A stretch of DNA of 64,000 nt from Escherichia phage BB1. Both the position numbers and the translations under genes were made by a program. The stretch lies in the sequence record NC_106597.1. One strand, given 5' to 3'. The notes beneath the pieces were generated by a model. It saw only the letters and a program-made list of their open reading frames with translations, searched no databases and was not told the origin of the DNA. Positions 43,999 to 54,011 of the stretch are shown here, piece by piece. Each line of letters begins with the position of its first letter. The first letter of the stretch is position 1.

Positions 43999-44772
43999 AT
44001 GGCTAAGTCTTGGGGCGAAACTACTGGCGGTTCTAATGATAAAATCGAATTCCTGAAGTTCAACAACGGTATCACTCGTGTTCGTATCGTTTCTGGTGTT
44101 CTTCCACGTTATGTCTATTGGCTGACTAATAAAGAGGGTAGCGTAGCTCCTTTCGAATGTCTCCGTTTTAACCGTGACAAAGAGAGCTTTGTTCGTGGTA
44201 AAGCCGATCCGGTTCATGAGATGGGCTTCTTCGAGAAAGAGCTGGATAAAGATGGTAATCGTGTTCCGCTGAAACCGAAGAAAAACTATATCGCTTTTGT
44301 TATCGACCGTTCTGATAACAAACTGAAAGTAATGGAAGTCAAGGCTACTATTCTGAAAGGCATCCAGTCTATCATGAAGCAGTTGAATCTGGCAACCCCA
44401 TTTGATATTGATATTTCTATCGAGAAAAAAGGTAAAGGTTTCGATACTGAGTATGACGTACAGCAGATTGCTGCTATGCAGTTCCAGATTAAGCTGCAAG
44501 ATCCTAACAGTGCAGAATCTAAGCAATATGCTGCAGACGTAGATCTAATCGGTGAAGCTATGTGTGACGAAGATGGCGACATCATTAAGTTCGAAAAAGT
44601 TCCTTCTCTGGAACAAACCTATCCGGTTCCTACCTATGAAGAGCAGAAAGAAGCGATTCAAGCCTTCATGGAAGGTCGTGAGAATAAAGATGATGATGCC
44701 AAATCTGGTAATAGCAATGCGGGCTCCCAGAAAGGTATTGACTCAGAAGCTGCAAGCGATCTGGACGACTAA
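43999..44772 (+). CDS. hypothetical protein with acidic C-terminal tail (SSB-like feature); function uncertain
   Basis: 257 aa, AAAGAGGAAAT RBS, C-terminus DSEAASDLDD; by eye codon choice resembles highly expressed genes. Confidence 0.45.
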   Translation: MAKSWGETTGGSNDKIEFLKFNNGITRVRIVSGVLPRYVYWLTNKEGSVAPFECLRFNRDKESFVRGKADPVHEMGFFEKELDKDGNRVPLKPKKNYIAFVIDRSDNKLKVMEVKATILKGIQSIMKQLNLATPFDIDISIEKKGKGFDTEYDVQQIAAMQFQIKLQDPNSAESKQYAADVDLIGEAMCDEDGDIIKFEKVPSLEQTYPVPTYEEQKEAIQAFMEGRENKDDDAKSGNSNAGSQKGIDSEAASDLDD

Positions 44773-44778
44773 TAAATA

Positions 44779-44805
44779 GAGGGGCTTCGGCCCCTTTCTT
44801 TTTAA
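44779..44805 (+). terminator. rho-independent terminator
   Basis: gaggggc-ttcg-gcccct hairpin followed by TTCTTTTT. Confidence 0.65.
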
Positions 44806-44808
44806 CCA

Positions 44809-45786
44809 ATGAGAATATTATTTAGTGCTGATCATCATATCAAACTAGGACAAGATAAAGTTCCAAAGGAATGGCAGAAGCGTCGCTTCCTGATGCTAGG
44901 AGAACGGTTAAATGATATATTCCATAATCATAACTGTGATCTTCATATTGCTGGTGGTGATATACTTGATGTTGCCGACCCGTCGTCAGAAGAAATAGAG
45001 CTGCTTGAACAGTTCATGTCAAGACTCGACCATCCAGGCAAAATCTTTACTGGAAATCATGAAATGTTAACTAAAACCATTTCATGTCTATATCACTATG
45101 CAGGAGTTATTAATAAAGTAACTAGTGGAAAGTGGGAAGTAATTACCAAACCATATCGTTCTCCTGAATTTGATATTGTTCCGTATGATGAGATCCATAA
45201 ATCTAAGTGGAAACCATCTGAATCAAAACTATGTTTCACGCATGTTCGCGGTGAAATCCCTCCGCATGTAAAACCAGAAATTGATCTAACTAAGTACAAC
45301 TGTTATGATACTGTAATTGCTGGCGATTTACATTCTTATACTAATAGCCAGACTATCGGATCTACTAGACTCCTCTACCCAGGGTCTCCATTAACTACAT
45401 CGTTCCATAGAGAACGCACAAAAGGTACAAATGGTTGCTTTATCATTGATACCGACACATTAAAAGTAGAATGGATTGAACTCGGTGATTTACCACAACT
45501 GATTCGTAAAACAATCGGAGCTGGTGAAGAGATGGAACCTAGTGATTATGATCGTGTAGTCTATGAAGTTACTGGTGACGTTGTTCAATTAAAGTCTATC
45601 AAAGACTCTGATTTATTAGATAAGAAGATTAACCATCGAGTTACTAAAGACGCTAAGTTAAATCTTGTTGATCTTGATATGTTAGGCGAACTTGAACTTT
45701 ACTTCCGTGAAGTCGAGAAGCTATCTCAAGGCGACATTGATAGAATCTTGGCTAGAGCTGCGAAATATGTCAAAGATTACAATTAA
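44809..45786 (+). CDS. SbcD/Mre11-like nuclease (calcineurin-like phosphoesterase)
   Basis: Metallophosphatase motifs SADHH, GGDILD, GNHE. Confidence 0.8.
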   Translation: MRILFSADHHIKLGQDKVPKEWQKRRFLMLGERLNDIFHNHNCDLHIAGGDILDVADPSSEEIELLEQFMSRLDHPGKIFTGNHEMLTKTISCLYHYAGVINKVTSGKWEVITKPYRSPEFDIVPYDEIHKSKWKPSESKLCFTHVRGEIPPHVKPEIDLTKYNCYDTVIAGDLHSYTNSQTIGSTRLLYPGSPLTTSFHRERTKGTNGCFIIDTDTLKVEWIELGDLPQLIRKTIGAGEEMEPSDYDRVVYEVTGDVVQLKSIKDSDLLDKKINHRVTKDAKLNLVDLDMLGELELYFREVEKLSQGDIDRILARAAKYVKDYN

Positions 45787-47605
45787 GACACTAAAATTTA
45801 GTAACGTTATGTCTTACGGTAAGGACATCGTAATTCATTTCGATAAGAATCCAGTTACTCAACTAATTGGTGGCAATGGGCTAGGGAAATCCACCATTGC
45901 TACTGTTATTGAAGAACTATTTTATAATAAGAACTCACGCGGTATTAAGAAAGATGCTCTGTTCTCTTGGTCTTCTCCGAAAAAAGAGTATGATATGCAC
46001 GCTTATTTCTCGAAAGATGAAGATGAGTATGAACTGCATAAAGTAGTTAAGTCAACTGCTAAAGTAACTCTTATTAAGAATGGGGAAGATATTAGTGGAC
46101 ACACGGCAACCCAAACATACAAGATGATTGAAGAGATTATGGGTGGTGACTTCCAAACATTCACCAAACTAATTTATCAATCAGTGGGTTCCAATCTAGA
46201 CTTTCTAAAAGCAACAGATGCAACACGTAAGGCTTTTCTTGTTAACTTGTTCAATCAAGAACAGTACAAAGAAATGTCAGAAACTATTAAGGCTGACCGT
46301 AAAGAAATAGCAAATACCTTAAATAATTTGCAGGGCCAAATGGCTGTAATTACGAAAATCCTTAATGGAAAGAATAACTTGGGAACCTTACAAGAACCAG
46401 TCGAAGTGCCGGAGTTTGATGAAGAGCCATTAGCACAAGAACTTACTGAATCGAAAATTAAGGCGGCATTAGCCAAGTCTCAAGAGGCTAATATTACTAA
46501 ATTGCGTAATTTGGACAAAGCTGTACAAGTTGCCGAACAATCTTTCGAGCCTTTTAAAAATTTGCCTGCGCCCACTGACCAAAACGAAGAGATCTCAAGT
46601 GTTACGCGTGACCTAACGATTGTGACCTCACGTGCGGGCGAAGTTAAGAAACGTTATCAGAAGTTCAAGCAAGAGGCTTCAAATACTGAATGCCCTACCT
46701 GTGGTACTCATCTAGATACAACTGCTGCTCAAAAAGCAATGGATATGGCTAGAACAGAATATGATCCTCTGTTCAAAGAGAAGCAATCTCTTGAAGCTAA
46801 GCTAGAACAGTTGAAGAAAGAACAACTTGAGTATGTTGCGTATACTAGAGCAAAGGATGCTTTGGATAAAGCAGTGGTAGCTAGAGACGAGTTCAAAAAT
46901 TCAATGAGTGATGCTTCTTTTGAAGAACTCAATGTGCAAATCCTACAGGTGCAAATCCGACAATTAGAACAGGAAATCGCTGATGGGCGTTCTAAGGTTG
47001 CAATTGCTAAAGAACATAATGCAAATGTTGAGTTAGCCAATGCAAAATATAAAGCGAAACTAGAGCAGATTGAGAAAGCTGAAGCAGAAATGTCCGAGAT
47101 TACTTCTAAACTGGATGGAGTATCCGAAGCTGTTGCTGATCTCGATATTCTGATTGCTGCATTAAAGAATCTAGTAGGGTATAAACTAGAGCATAGTGTG
47201 AAAGTATTTGAAGAGCTAATTAATAAATACCTTTCAATTATGACTGGTGGTAAATTCGCACTTGGATTTGAACTTGATGAAACAAAATTACAAGTAGTAA
47301 TCTTCAATGATGGAAACCGTACCAGTATGGAGAACTGCTCTACTGGTCAGCAAAGTCGAATTAATCTAGCAACCCTGTTAGCTATTCGGATGCTGTTAAC
47401 ATCTATTAGTAAAGTTAATATTAATCTTCTATTCCTTGATGAAGTAATTAGCTTTATTGATACAAAAGGACTTGATACTCTCGTTGAACTATTAAATGAG
47501 GAAGAGAGTCTAAATTCTATCATTGTTTCTCATGGGCATACGCATCCACTAGCTCATAAGATTACTGTCAAAAAAGATGCAGAAGGATTTTCCTACTTAG
47601 AATAA
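45767..47605 (+). CDS. SbcC/Rad50-like ATPase
   Basis: Walker A GGNGLGKST, long coiled coil with CPTCG zinc hook, C-terminal LLFLDEV Walker B; start set at MSKITIK. Confidence 0.8.
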   Translation: MSKITIKTLKFSNVMSYGKDIVIHFDKNPVTQLIGGNGLGKSTIATVIEELFYNKNSRGIKKDALFSWSSPKKEYDMHAYFSKDEDEYELHKVVKSTAKVTLIKNGEDISGHTATQTYKMIEEIMGGDFQTFTKLIYQSVGSNLDFLKATDATRKAFLVNLFNQEQYKEMSETIKADRKEIANTLNNLQGQMAVITKILNGKNNLGTLQEPVEVPEFDEEPLAQELTESKIKAALAKSQEANITKLRNLDKAVQVAEQSFEPFKNLPAPTDQNEEISSVTRDLTIVTSRAGEVKKRYQKFKQEASNTECPTCGTHLDTTAAQKAMDMARTEYDPLFKEKQSLEAKLEQLKKEQLEYVAYTRAKDALDKAVVARDEFKNSMSDASFEELNVQILQVQIRQLEQEIADGRSKVAIAKEHNANVELANAKYKAKLEQIEKAEAEMSEITSKLDGVSEAVADLDILIAALKNLVGYKLEHSVKVFEELINKYLSIMTGGKFALGFELDETKLQVVIFNDGNRTSMENCSTGQQSRINLATLLAIRMLLTSISKVNINLLFLDEVISFIDTKGLDTLVELLNEEESLNSIIVSHGHTHPLAHKITVKKDAEGFSYLE

Positions 47606-47608
47606 AAC

Positions 47609-48091
47609 ATGGCTGTAGATAGTAGAGAGAAAGGTAAACGTGGCGAATATCAGGTAAGAGATATTTTACGTGAACGTACAGGTCTTGAGTGGGAACGTGT
47701 TCCTGGTTCTGGTGCTTTTGGCCAGAGCCACGGACTGAAAGGTGACATCTACCTTCCACCACAAAGCGGGCACATTAGTAAATACTGCTTCGAAGTTAAG
47801 TGGTATAAAGATGATAATATATCAAGTAATTTATTTAATGTTGGTGAATCCACTCTAGAGAAATGGTGGCAGCAGTGCTCACGTGAAGGTGAGCAGATGA
47901 ACTCCAAGCCTGCATTAATATTCAAAAAAGACAGAGGACAGTGGTTAATAGCTTTGGATAGCTCAGACCCGATGGTTGACAACTTAATGAGTCGTACCCA
48001 TATGGTGTTAAATAAGAAAGACATGGAAATCGTAATTGGCTTATTTGAACCGTGGCTACATCATGCATCTGTTGAGGACTTAATTAAATAA
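47609..48091 (+). CDS. putative PD-(D/E)xK nuclease, Holliday-junction-resolvase-like (tentative)
   Basis: Pattern KGKRGEYQVRDIL...SG...GDI...EVK resembles Hjc-type resolvases. Confidence 0.4.
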   Translation: MAVDSREKGKRGEYQVRDILRERTGLEWERVPGSGAFGQSHGLKGDIYLPPQSGHISKYCFEVKWYKDDNISSNLFNVGESTLEKWWQQCSREGEQMNSKPALIFKKDRGQWLIALDSSDPMVDNLMSRTHMVLNKKDMEIVIGLFEPWLHHASVEDLIK

Positions 48092-48966
48092 TGAGTAAAT
48101 CCTGGGGAAAATTTATTGAAGAAGAGGAAGCTGAAATGGCTTCCCGTCGTAACCTAATGATTGTCGATGGAACTAACTTAGGCTTTCGCTTCAAGCATAA
48201 CAATAGTAAAAAACCATTTGCCTCAAGTTATGTTTCCACTATTCAGTCTCTTGCAAAATCTTATTCTGCTAGAACTACAATAGTTTTAGGAGATAAAGGG
48301 AAGTCTGCATTCCGCTTAGAGCATCTTCCCGAGTATAAAGGGAATCGAGATGAGAAATACTCACAGCGTACGGAAGAGGAGAAAGCATTAGATGAGCAGT
48401 TCTTCGAGTATTTGAAAGATGCTTTCGAATTATGTGAAACTACATTCCCAACTTTCACTATTCGTGGTGTAGAAGCAGATGATATGGCAGCTTATATTGT
48501 TAAGTTGATCGGACATCTATATGATCACGTTTGGCTGATTTCTACTGACGGTGACTGGGATACTTTATTAACTGATAAAGTATCTCGCTTCTCTTTCACA
48601 ACACGTCGTGAATATCATCTTCGTGATATGTATGAGCATCATAATGTTGACGATGTAGAGCAGTTTATCTCTCTAAAAGCAATTATGGGTGATTTAGGGG
48701 ATAATATCCGTGGTGTTGAAGGTATTGGGGCAAAACGCGGGTATAACATTATTCGTGAATTTGGTAACGTTCTGGATATTATTGATCAGCTTCCACTGCC
48801 TGGAAAACAGAAATATATACAGAATTTAAATGCTTCGGAAGAATTGCTTTATCGAAACCTAATTCTGGTTGATTTACCTACCTACTGTGTGGATGCTATT
48901 GCTGCAGTGGGTCAAGACGTATTAGATAAGTTTACAAAAGATATTTTGGAGATTGCAGGACAATGA
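48091..48966 (+). CDS. 5'-3' exonuclease / flap endonuclease (FEN family)
   Basis: FEN motifs LMIVDGTNLGFRF, STDGDWDTL, helix-3-turn-helix GIGAKRG. Confidence 0.9.
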   Translation: MSKSWGKFIEEEEAEMASRRNLMIVDGTNLGFRFKHNNSKKPFASSYVSTIQSLAKSYSARTTIVLGDKGKSAFRLEHLPEYKGNRDEKYSQRTEEEKALDEQFFEYLKDAFELCETTFPTFTIRGVEADDMAAYIVKLIGHLYDHVWLISTDGDWDTLLTDKVSRFSFTTRREYHLRDMYEHHNVDDVEQFISLKAIMGDLGDNIRGVEGIGAKRGYNIIREFGNVLDIIDQLPLPGKQKYIQNLNASEELLYRNLILVDLPTYCVDAIAAVGQDVLDKFTKDILEIAGQ

Positions 48967-49409
48967 TTAAAATTAAATTAACCCATCCAGATTGTATGCC
49001 TAAGATTGGCTCCGAAGATGCCGCAGGTATGGATCTGCGAGCGTTCTTTGGTACTAACCCTGCTGCAGATTTACGTGCTATTGCACCAGGCAAATCTCTT
49101 ATGATTGACACCGGTGTCGCGGTAGAAATTCCGCGAGGTTGGTTCGGTTTGGTGGTCCCTCGTAGCTCCTTAGGTAAACGTCATCTGATGATTGCAAACA
49201 CCGCAGGAGTGATTGACTCAGACTATCGTGGAACTATTAAGATGAACCTTTATAACTATGGTTCTGAAATTCAAACTCTGGAAAATTTTGAAAGACTTTG
49301 TCAGCTAGTAGTAGTACCGCACTACTCAACTCATAATTTTGAAATCGTTGACGAACTAGGGGAGACTGGTCGTGGGGAAGGCGGATTTGGAAGTTCAGGA
49401 AGCAAATAA
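48963..49409 (+). CDS. dut: dUTP pyrophosphatase
   Basis: dUTPase motifs AAGMDLRA, GVIDSDYRG, GRGEGGFGSSG. Confidence 0.9.
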   Translation: MIKIKLTHPDCMPKIGSEDAAGMDLRAFFGTNPAADLRAIAPGKSLMIDTGVAVEIPRGWFGLVVPRSSLGKRHLMIANTAGVIDSDYRGTIKMNLYNYGSEIQTLENFERLCQLVVVPHYSTHNFEIVDELGETGRGEGGFGSSGSK

Positions 49410-49638
49410 TTTTACCGATCCTAATATGGTAGGTATTAATACTAATACGTCAACTTATCAGATTAAAACTACTGAACCAGAAACGGTTGTACTAAAAACA
49501 GATAAAGAAGGTAATGTTATTTTCTGGGATCCTGAAGGTTTTGTAGAGCTTTGTACTAATACGGATAATGAGCAGTTAAAAATATTATTAACTATTTATA
49601 ATCTTGGTATTATAGAAGGTTGTAGAAGTGAATAATAG

Positions 49639-49678
49639 AAAACCCCAGTGGATTTTGTCCACTGGGGTTTCTTTTTAG
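49639..49678. terminator. bidirectional rho-independent terminator between convergent early (+) and late (-) units
   Basis: Hairpin aaaaccccagtgga...tccactggggttt flanked by A-run upstream and T-run downstream. Confidence 0.7.
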
Positions 49679-49681
49679 CTA

Positions 49682-52600
49682 TTATCTATTCGCTAGTAGA
49701 GAGTTAACTACTATGGTTAGATCTGCAATTTGCTTTTTAAGATCAGATACTTCTGATTCTAGAGCTGTGATCCTGCTATCAGATTCTCTGCTTACCTGTA
49801 CTAACAACCCGGTAATGGCCCCATAATCTACCGAATAGAATCGTTCCTCTCCAACGAGAGGCTCACCGTTTAGGGTGGCACCTGCGAGATCTGTATATTT
49901 TGTAAATCCACTTACAGCCTCCGGTAGCGCTTCCATCACTTCCTGGGCTATAACTCCCGCGTACGGCATACCGTTTTCTTTAAGGGTATATGTATATCCT
50001 TTCATTTTACGGAGAGATTCTGTAGCATTGGGTATCTCTACTATGTTATCTTTTAGATCCCTATCAGAAGCTTGGTTAAATGCGATTGCTTGAGCAGCCC
50101 CATTTACTTGGAGAACACGAGATCCATCAGTATTTTGTTGCGCATAAAATAAGTATCCATCAGTTAATTTACACTCAATAACAGAAGGTCTTCCAGTAGT
50201 ATTACCCCATAATTGAAGTATAGCATCTTTAGCTGCATTTGATGTATTTTCAATTCTAAACTGTCGATTATTTGAACGACGTACAACTATAGCAGTACTA
50301 TCTGCAAAAACTCCACCACCATAATTAGGGGTCCTTATTGAAGTATTACCATCCTCCCCTAAACTTAATGAACTGCCCATCATCTCATTAGCTATAACAA
50401 CAGATTTTCCAGCTCCGGTTTTACCAAAATACCACATTCTAGTATTATTAGCTGTTCTACCTGCTAAATAACCACTTTCAGAAGTATCATCAACACTAGA
50501 TTTTAGGGTTAATGCCTCTCCATTTTTATTTATAAAAAGAGGGACTTTAAAATCAGCATATTGATCCGTAATTATACGATTCCATGCACCTATAGTGCCA
50601 GATTCAATACTTCTCAGATAATATTTATTACCCCTACCGGCTAGTTGAGTAGCATAGTTACCACTAAAACCTATATGTACCCCACCATATACAACATTGT
50701 TTTCAGGACTATTAACTTGACCAGCAATACCATAAAACTTATTGATAGTGTTATGTTGTGTATTCCAGTCTACACCAGTAGAAGATAACATACCTGAAGG
50801 AGCTGAGAAGGTCCCATCCTTATTAAAATTAAAGAATTTATGACTAGCAGAACTAGTCATATCCCTAACAATAATCTGTCCAGCTTCTTCTGTTGCCCTA
50901 AACTCACTTTGTCCTAATATGGTATCAGCACTATTTACTAACTGAGATGTGTATGTATTTTTTGTTACAGCATCGCCTCTAGCAGAAAAACTATTAGCAC
51001 CAACAACACTACCATTAAAAGTAAAAGAAGGTGCAGTAGCAGAAAAGGCGTTACCAGAGTTAAGATTATTAGTTAAAGCAAAATTAGGAGATAATCCCTG
51101 ACGGAAAGGATGATTAGAGTAAAAGCCAGAACCGCCACCAGTAAAGTTCAAGAGGTTGCTAACATTACCCTCAGCATTTCCATCACCCGCATCTGTTACT
51201 CCAAATTTAAATTTAACCCCGTTAGTTCCTAATACATAGTCTTCCGTTGGAACATTTATAACAACCTTTGGGTCTGTCATAATGTTCACAGGAAATGCTT
51301 TATAGTGCACATAAACTGCTATGTGTTGAGCATAGTCCTTGTTACTTCCTTTTATGCATAGAATACCCAACTCATTGGGGTCATACGTTGTGAATACTCC
51401 ATATGCTATACTAGGGCTATCGCTCCAGCCACCACAAGTTACGTAGCCAGAAAAAACATTATTATTCATCTCATGGCCGGCCGATCTACCAGGAGTACGA
51501 ATAGATATAGGTACTGGCATAACCCCATTACCATTAACACCTCCAGTATAAAATATAACTGGATAGTATTTCCCATCAACAGCACCTGAAGGCGCATTAA
51601 TAGTTTGGTAAGTACCTATAAATCCTGTAGTAGGTATACCTAAATTTTGTTGAGTTACAGTAAGATTCCTAACAGCTATAGTATCCGTATTAATCTCATT
51701 TGGTACGAATAGTTGACCATTATGTTTAAAATGGAATGTTTTATAAGATGGGCCAGTATCTTCTCCCATAATCTGCAGAGTTGCAGCAGCAGTACCATCA
51801 GAAAGTTTTTCAGGGTATAAGCGCATACGCGCTCTTTGAGTACCATTCACAGCTCTTAAGTAACTATTAATAATACCTCCAGCAGCTGCCGTACTATCAC
51901 TATATCCAGTTAATGATAGACCAGCAAATAATGGTGCATGCTGGGAACCTAGCTCAATAAGCTGTCTACAGTAGCTAGGATCGTAACTATTAAGGATAGA
52001 TCCCCAGGCAGACCATGTTGAGGTACCTGGGTTATAACTACGTTCGTATATCCTATTAGTACTAAAGGTAATGTATATCTGACAACATCCAGCAACCCCA
52101 TTAGCACTATTTTGTAGTACCATTAAGTTTCCCGCTTCTTGAATAGGATAATTACGGGCTATAGTTGCATTAGCAGATAGATTCTGGTAATAGAAACCTG
52201 CAGACTCACCCGTAAGATCATTCAAGTTCTGATCTGTTAAGGTAGAAAATCTACGATACATTACTTCCAGATTTCTACGTGCGTCAGAAGTATTAAGAGC
52301 ACCAGTGCCGCCCTGAGCTATTGCGAGAGGTTGCCACCTACTAGTTGTAGGATTAAATGCTCCCCACTGACCACCAGCATCAACCTGTAAGTAACAGCCA
52401 TCCGACTGAATATCTGTTGAACAAACGATGGTTCTTGTATCACTGGAACGTTGGAAGCGGTTTAGCTGTAGATTAGTTCTCGCTTCAGCAGCTGATCTAC
52501 CTCCGGTACCACCCTGTCCTACTGCAAGAGGTATGTATGTCCTATTCTCTATATCATAAGCTCCCCAGAGTTTATTGGAAGTAATAATTATTTTTGCACC

Positions 52601-53584
52601 TTCATTAGGGTTTAATAGTTGAGTTTCAGAATTTAGTTGGACGAGCTTATCAACCTCATTCTTACGTGCATGACGTGTCCACTGCGGGCCAGTAGATGTA
52701 CTCCAACGATAGGTGTATAATGAGCGAGACGCCCATCCTTGGAAAACACCAGTGTACGCTGGACTACCATCCACTTGACTAATAAACCCTGTAAGACTAC
52801 TCTCACCAGAGGCTATTGATGGGAAGCCTACTGCATTACTCATGATACGCATAAAGCCAATATACGCAGAAGGATTACCAGAAATATCAGGACAATCACG
52901 AGGGGCATTACCTAAACCTATAGAGGCTTTCATGCCGGAAGCTACATTTTCAGCTTTAGTAGCTGAAGCAGCCGCATTAGTTTCCGAAGTTTTAGCATTA
53001 GTTTCTGATACTTTAGCAGCATTAGCACTGTTAGCAGCAGCAGTTTTACTACTATTAGCGTTAGTTTCAGAAGTTTTAGCGGCAGAAGCAGATGCAGCAG
53101 CATTAGTTTCTGAGGTTTTTGCTGCGGAAGCAGATGCAGCAGCAGCAGTTTTGCTACTATTAGCATTGGTCTCAGAAGTTTTAGCCGCTGTTTCACTAGC
53201 TTTTGCATTGGTTTCTGAAGTTTTTGCAGCCGTCTCACTAGCTTTTGCGTTAGTCTCAGAAGTCTTAGCAGCTTTAGCGCTATTAGCAGAAGTAGTAGCA
53301 GAAGAGGCAGACTGAGTTGCAGATTGCTGGGAAGATGCTGCGGAAATTTCTGCTTCATTCTCAGAGTCTTTAGCGTTTAGCTCTGACTGTTTAGCATTAA
53401 TCTCTGATTGTTTAGCTGCTGCAGCAGAAGCTTTAGAGGATTCTATAGCAGTAGTTAGTTCTCCTGCCGTAATAGAGCTAATGGAATTAGAAAGCACAAC
53501 TGTATACTTAGGATACTTACTTGCAGTTATGCTATTCTGGTCCATAATGACCATTTGCTGTAAAATTATTTTAGTTATAGCCAT
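49682..53584 (-). CDS. ltf: L-shaped tail fibre protein with C-terminal intramolecular chaperone domain
   Basis: 1300 aa; N-terminal AKTSETNA repeats; C-terminal SDRDLKDNIVEI...GYTYTLKENG chaperone-type domain. Confidence 0.85.
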   Translation of the reverse strand: MAITKIILQQMVIMDQNSITASKYPKYTVVLSNSISSITAGELTTAIESSKASAAAAKQSEINAKQSELNAKDSENEAEISAASSQQSATQSASSATTSANSAKAAKTSETNAKASETAAKTSETNAKASETAAKTSETNANSSKTAAAASASAAKTSETNAAASASAAKTSETNANSSKTAAANSANAAKVSETNAKTSETNAAASATKAENVASGMKASIGLGNAPRDCPDISGNPSAYIGFMRIMSNAVGFPSIASGESSLTGFISQVDGSPAYTGVFQGWASRSLYTYRWSTSTGPQWTRHARKNEVDKLVQLNSETQLLNPNEGAKIIITSNKLWGAYDIENRTYIPLAVGQGGTGGRSAAEARTNLQLNRFQRSSDTRTIVCSTDIQSDGCYLQVDAGGQWGAFNPTTSRWQPLAIAQGGTGALNTSDARRNLEVMYRRFSTLTDQNLNDLTGESAGFYYQNLSANATIARNYPIQEAGNLMVLQNSANGVAGCCQIYITFSTNRIYERSYNPGTSTWSAWGSILNSYDPSYCRQLIELGSQHAPLFAGLSLTGYSDSTAAAGGIINSYLRAVNGTQRARMRLYPEKLSDGTAAATLQIMGEDTGPSYKTFHFKHNGQLFVPNEINTDTIAVRNLTVTQQNLGIPTTGFIGTYQTINAPSGAVDGKYYPVIFYTGGVNGNGVMPVPISIRTPGRSAGHEMNNNVFSGYVTCGGWSDSPSIAYGVFTTYDPNELGILCIKGSNKDYAQHIAVYVHYKAFPVNIMTDPKVVINVPTEDYVLGTNGVKFKFGVTDAGDGNAEGNVSNLLNFTGGGSGFYSNHPFRQGLSPNFALTNNLNSGNAFSATAPSFTFNGSVVGANSFSARGDAVTKNTYTSQLVNSADTILGQSEFRATEEAGQIIVRDMTSSASHKFFNFNKDGTFSAPSGMLSSTGVDWNTQHNTINKFYGIAGQVNSPENNVVYGGVHIGFSGNYATQLAGRGNKYYLRSIESGTIGAWNRIITDQYADFKVPLFINKNGEALTLKSSVDDTSESGYLAGRTANNTRMWYFGKTGAGKSVVIANEMMGSSLSLGEDGNTSIRTPNYGGGVFADSTAIVVRRSNNRQFRIENTSNAAKDAILQLWGNTTGRPSVIECKLTDGYLFYAQQNTDGSRVLQVNGAAQAIAFNQASDRDLKDNIVEIPNATESLRKMKGYTYTLKENGMPYAGVIAQEVMEALPEAVSGFTKYTDLAGATLNGEPLVGEERFYSVDYGAITGLLVQVSRESDSRITALESEVSDLKKQIADLTIVVNSLLANR
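52940..53305 (-). repeat. in-frame tandem repeats inside the tail-fibre gene (AKTSETNA/AKASETAA heptad-like units)
   Basis: Repeated tttctgaagtttt/agcagcattag DNA units; produces spurious antisense ORFs 52842-53315 and 52942-53358. Confidence 0.75.
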
Positions 53585-54006
53585 TATTGAGTTACCCCAT
53601 CGCTAATATAAACTTTGCCTTCCATAATACGGAAAGAGCTAGCAGCGCTACCAACAGCTGTTCTAGTAATTATAACATCGTAGTATCCAGCTAACCTTTG
53701 TCTAGGATTATACCTATCTCTTTCTTTAGATGCTTTAGATGCAATAGTAGTTACAGCATTAACAGGTAAACTTATAGATGCTACACCTTGTTTAGCATCT
53801 ATAATAGAAGTGGTAAAGGATGCTAAATTTTCAGCCCCATCCTCTAAACTACTCTTAATACTTCCTCTAAGAGAGAAGCCAGTAAGATCTACTGGCTTAG
53901 ATGTAGCAGGATAAACACTATCATCTACATCCATAAATTGCATAAGTAAACCATAAGGTACGTTTTCGTCTACTACTAAATCAATAACTCTATTTTCTGT
54001 ACTCAT
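53584..54006 (-). CDS. tail collar protein (p132-like), by size and synteny
   Basis: 140 aa, directly upstream of ltf in a T5-like tail cluster; no domain confirmed. Confidence 0.5.
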   Translation of the reverse strand: MSTENRVIDLVVDENVPYGLLMQFMDVDDSVYPATSKPVDLTGFSLRGSIKSSLEDGAENLASFTTSIIDAKQGVASISLPVNAVTTIASKASKERDRYNPRQRLAGYYDVIITRTAVGSAASSFRIMEGKVYISDGVTQ

Positions 54007-54011
54007 TATTT

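Noticed and set aside
52842-53358. Short-period repeats at 52940-53305 that could resemble a CRISPR array, plus two antisense track ORFs (52842-53315 +, 52942-53358 -)
   Set aside because: The repeats are in-frame coding repeats of the tail-fibre gene with no unique spacers, and the antisense ORFs are low-complexity artefacts of the repeat.
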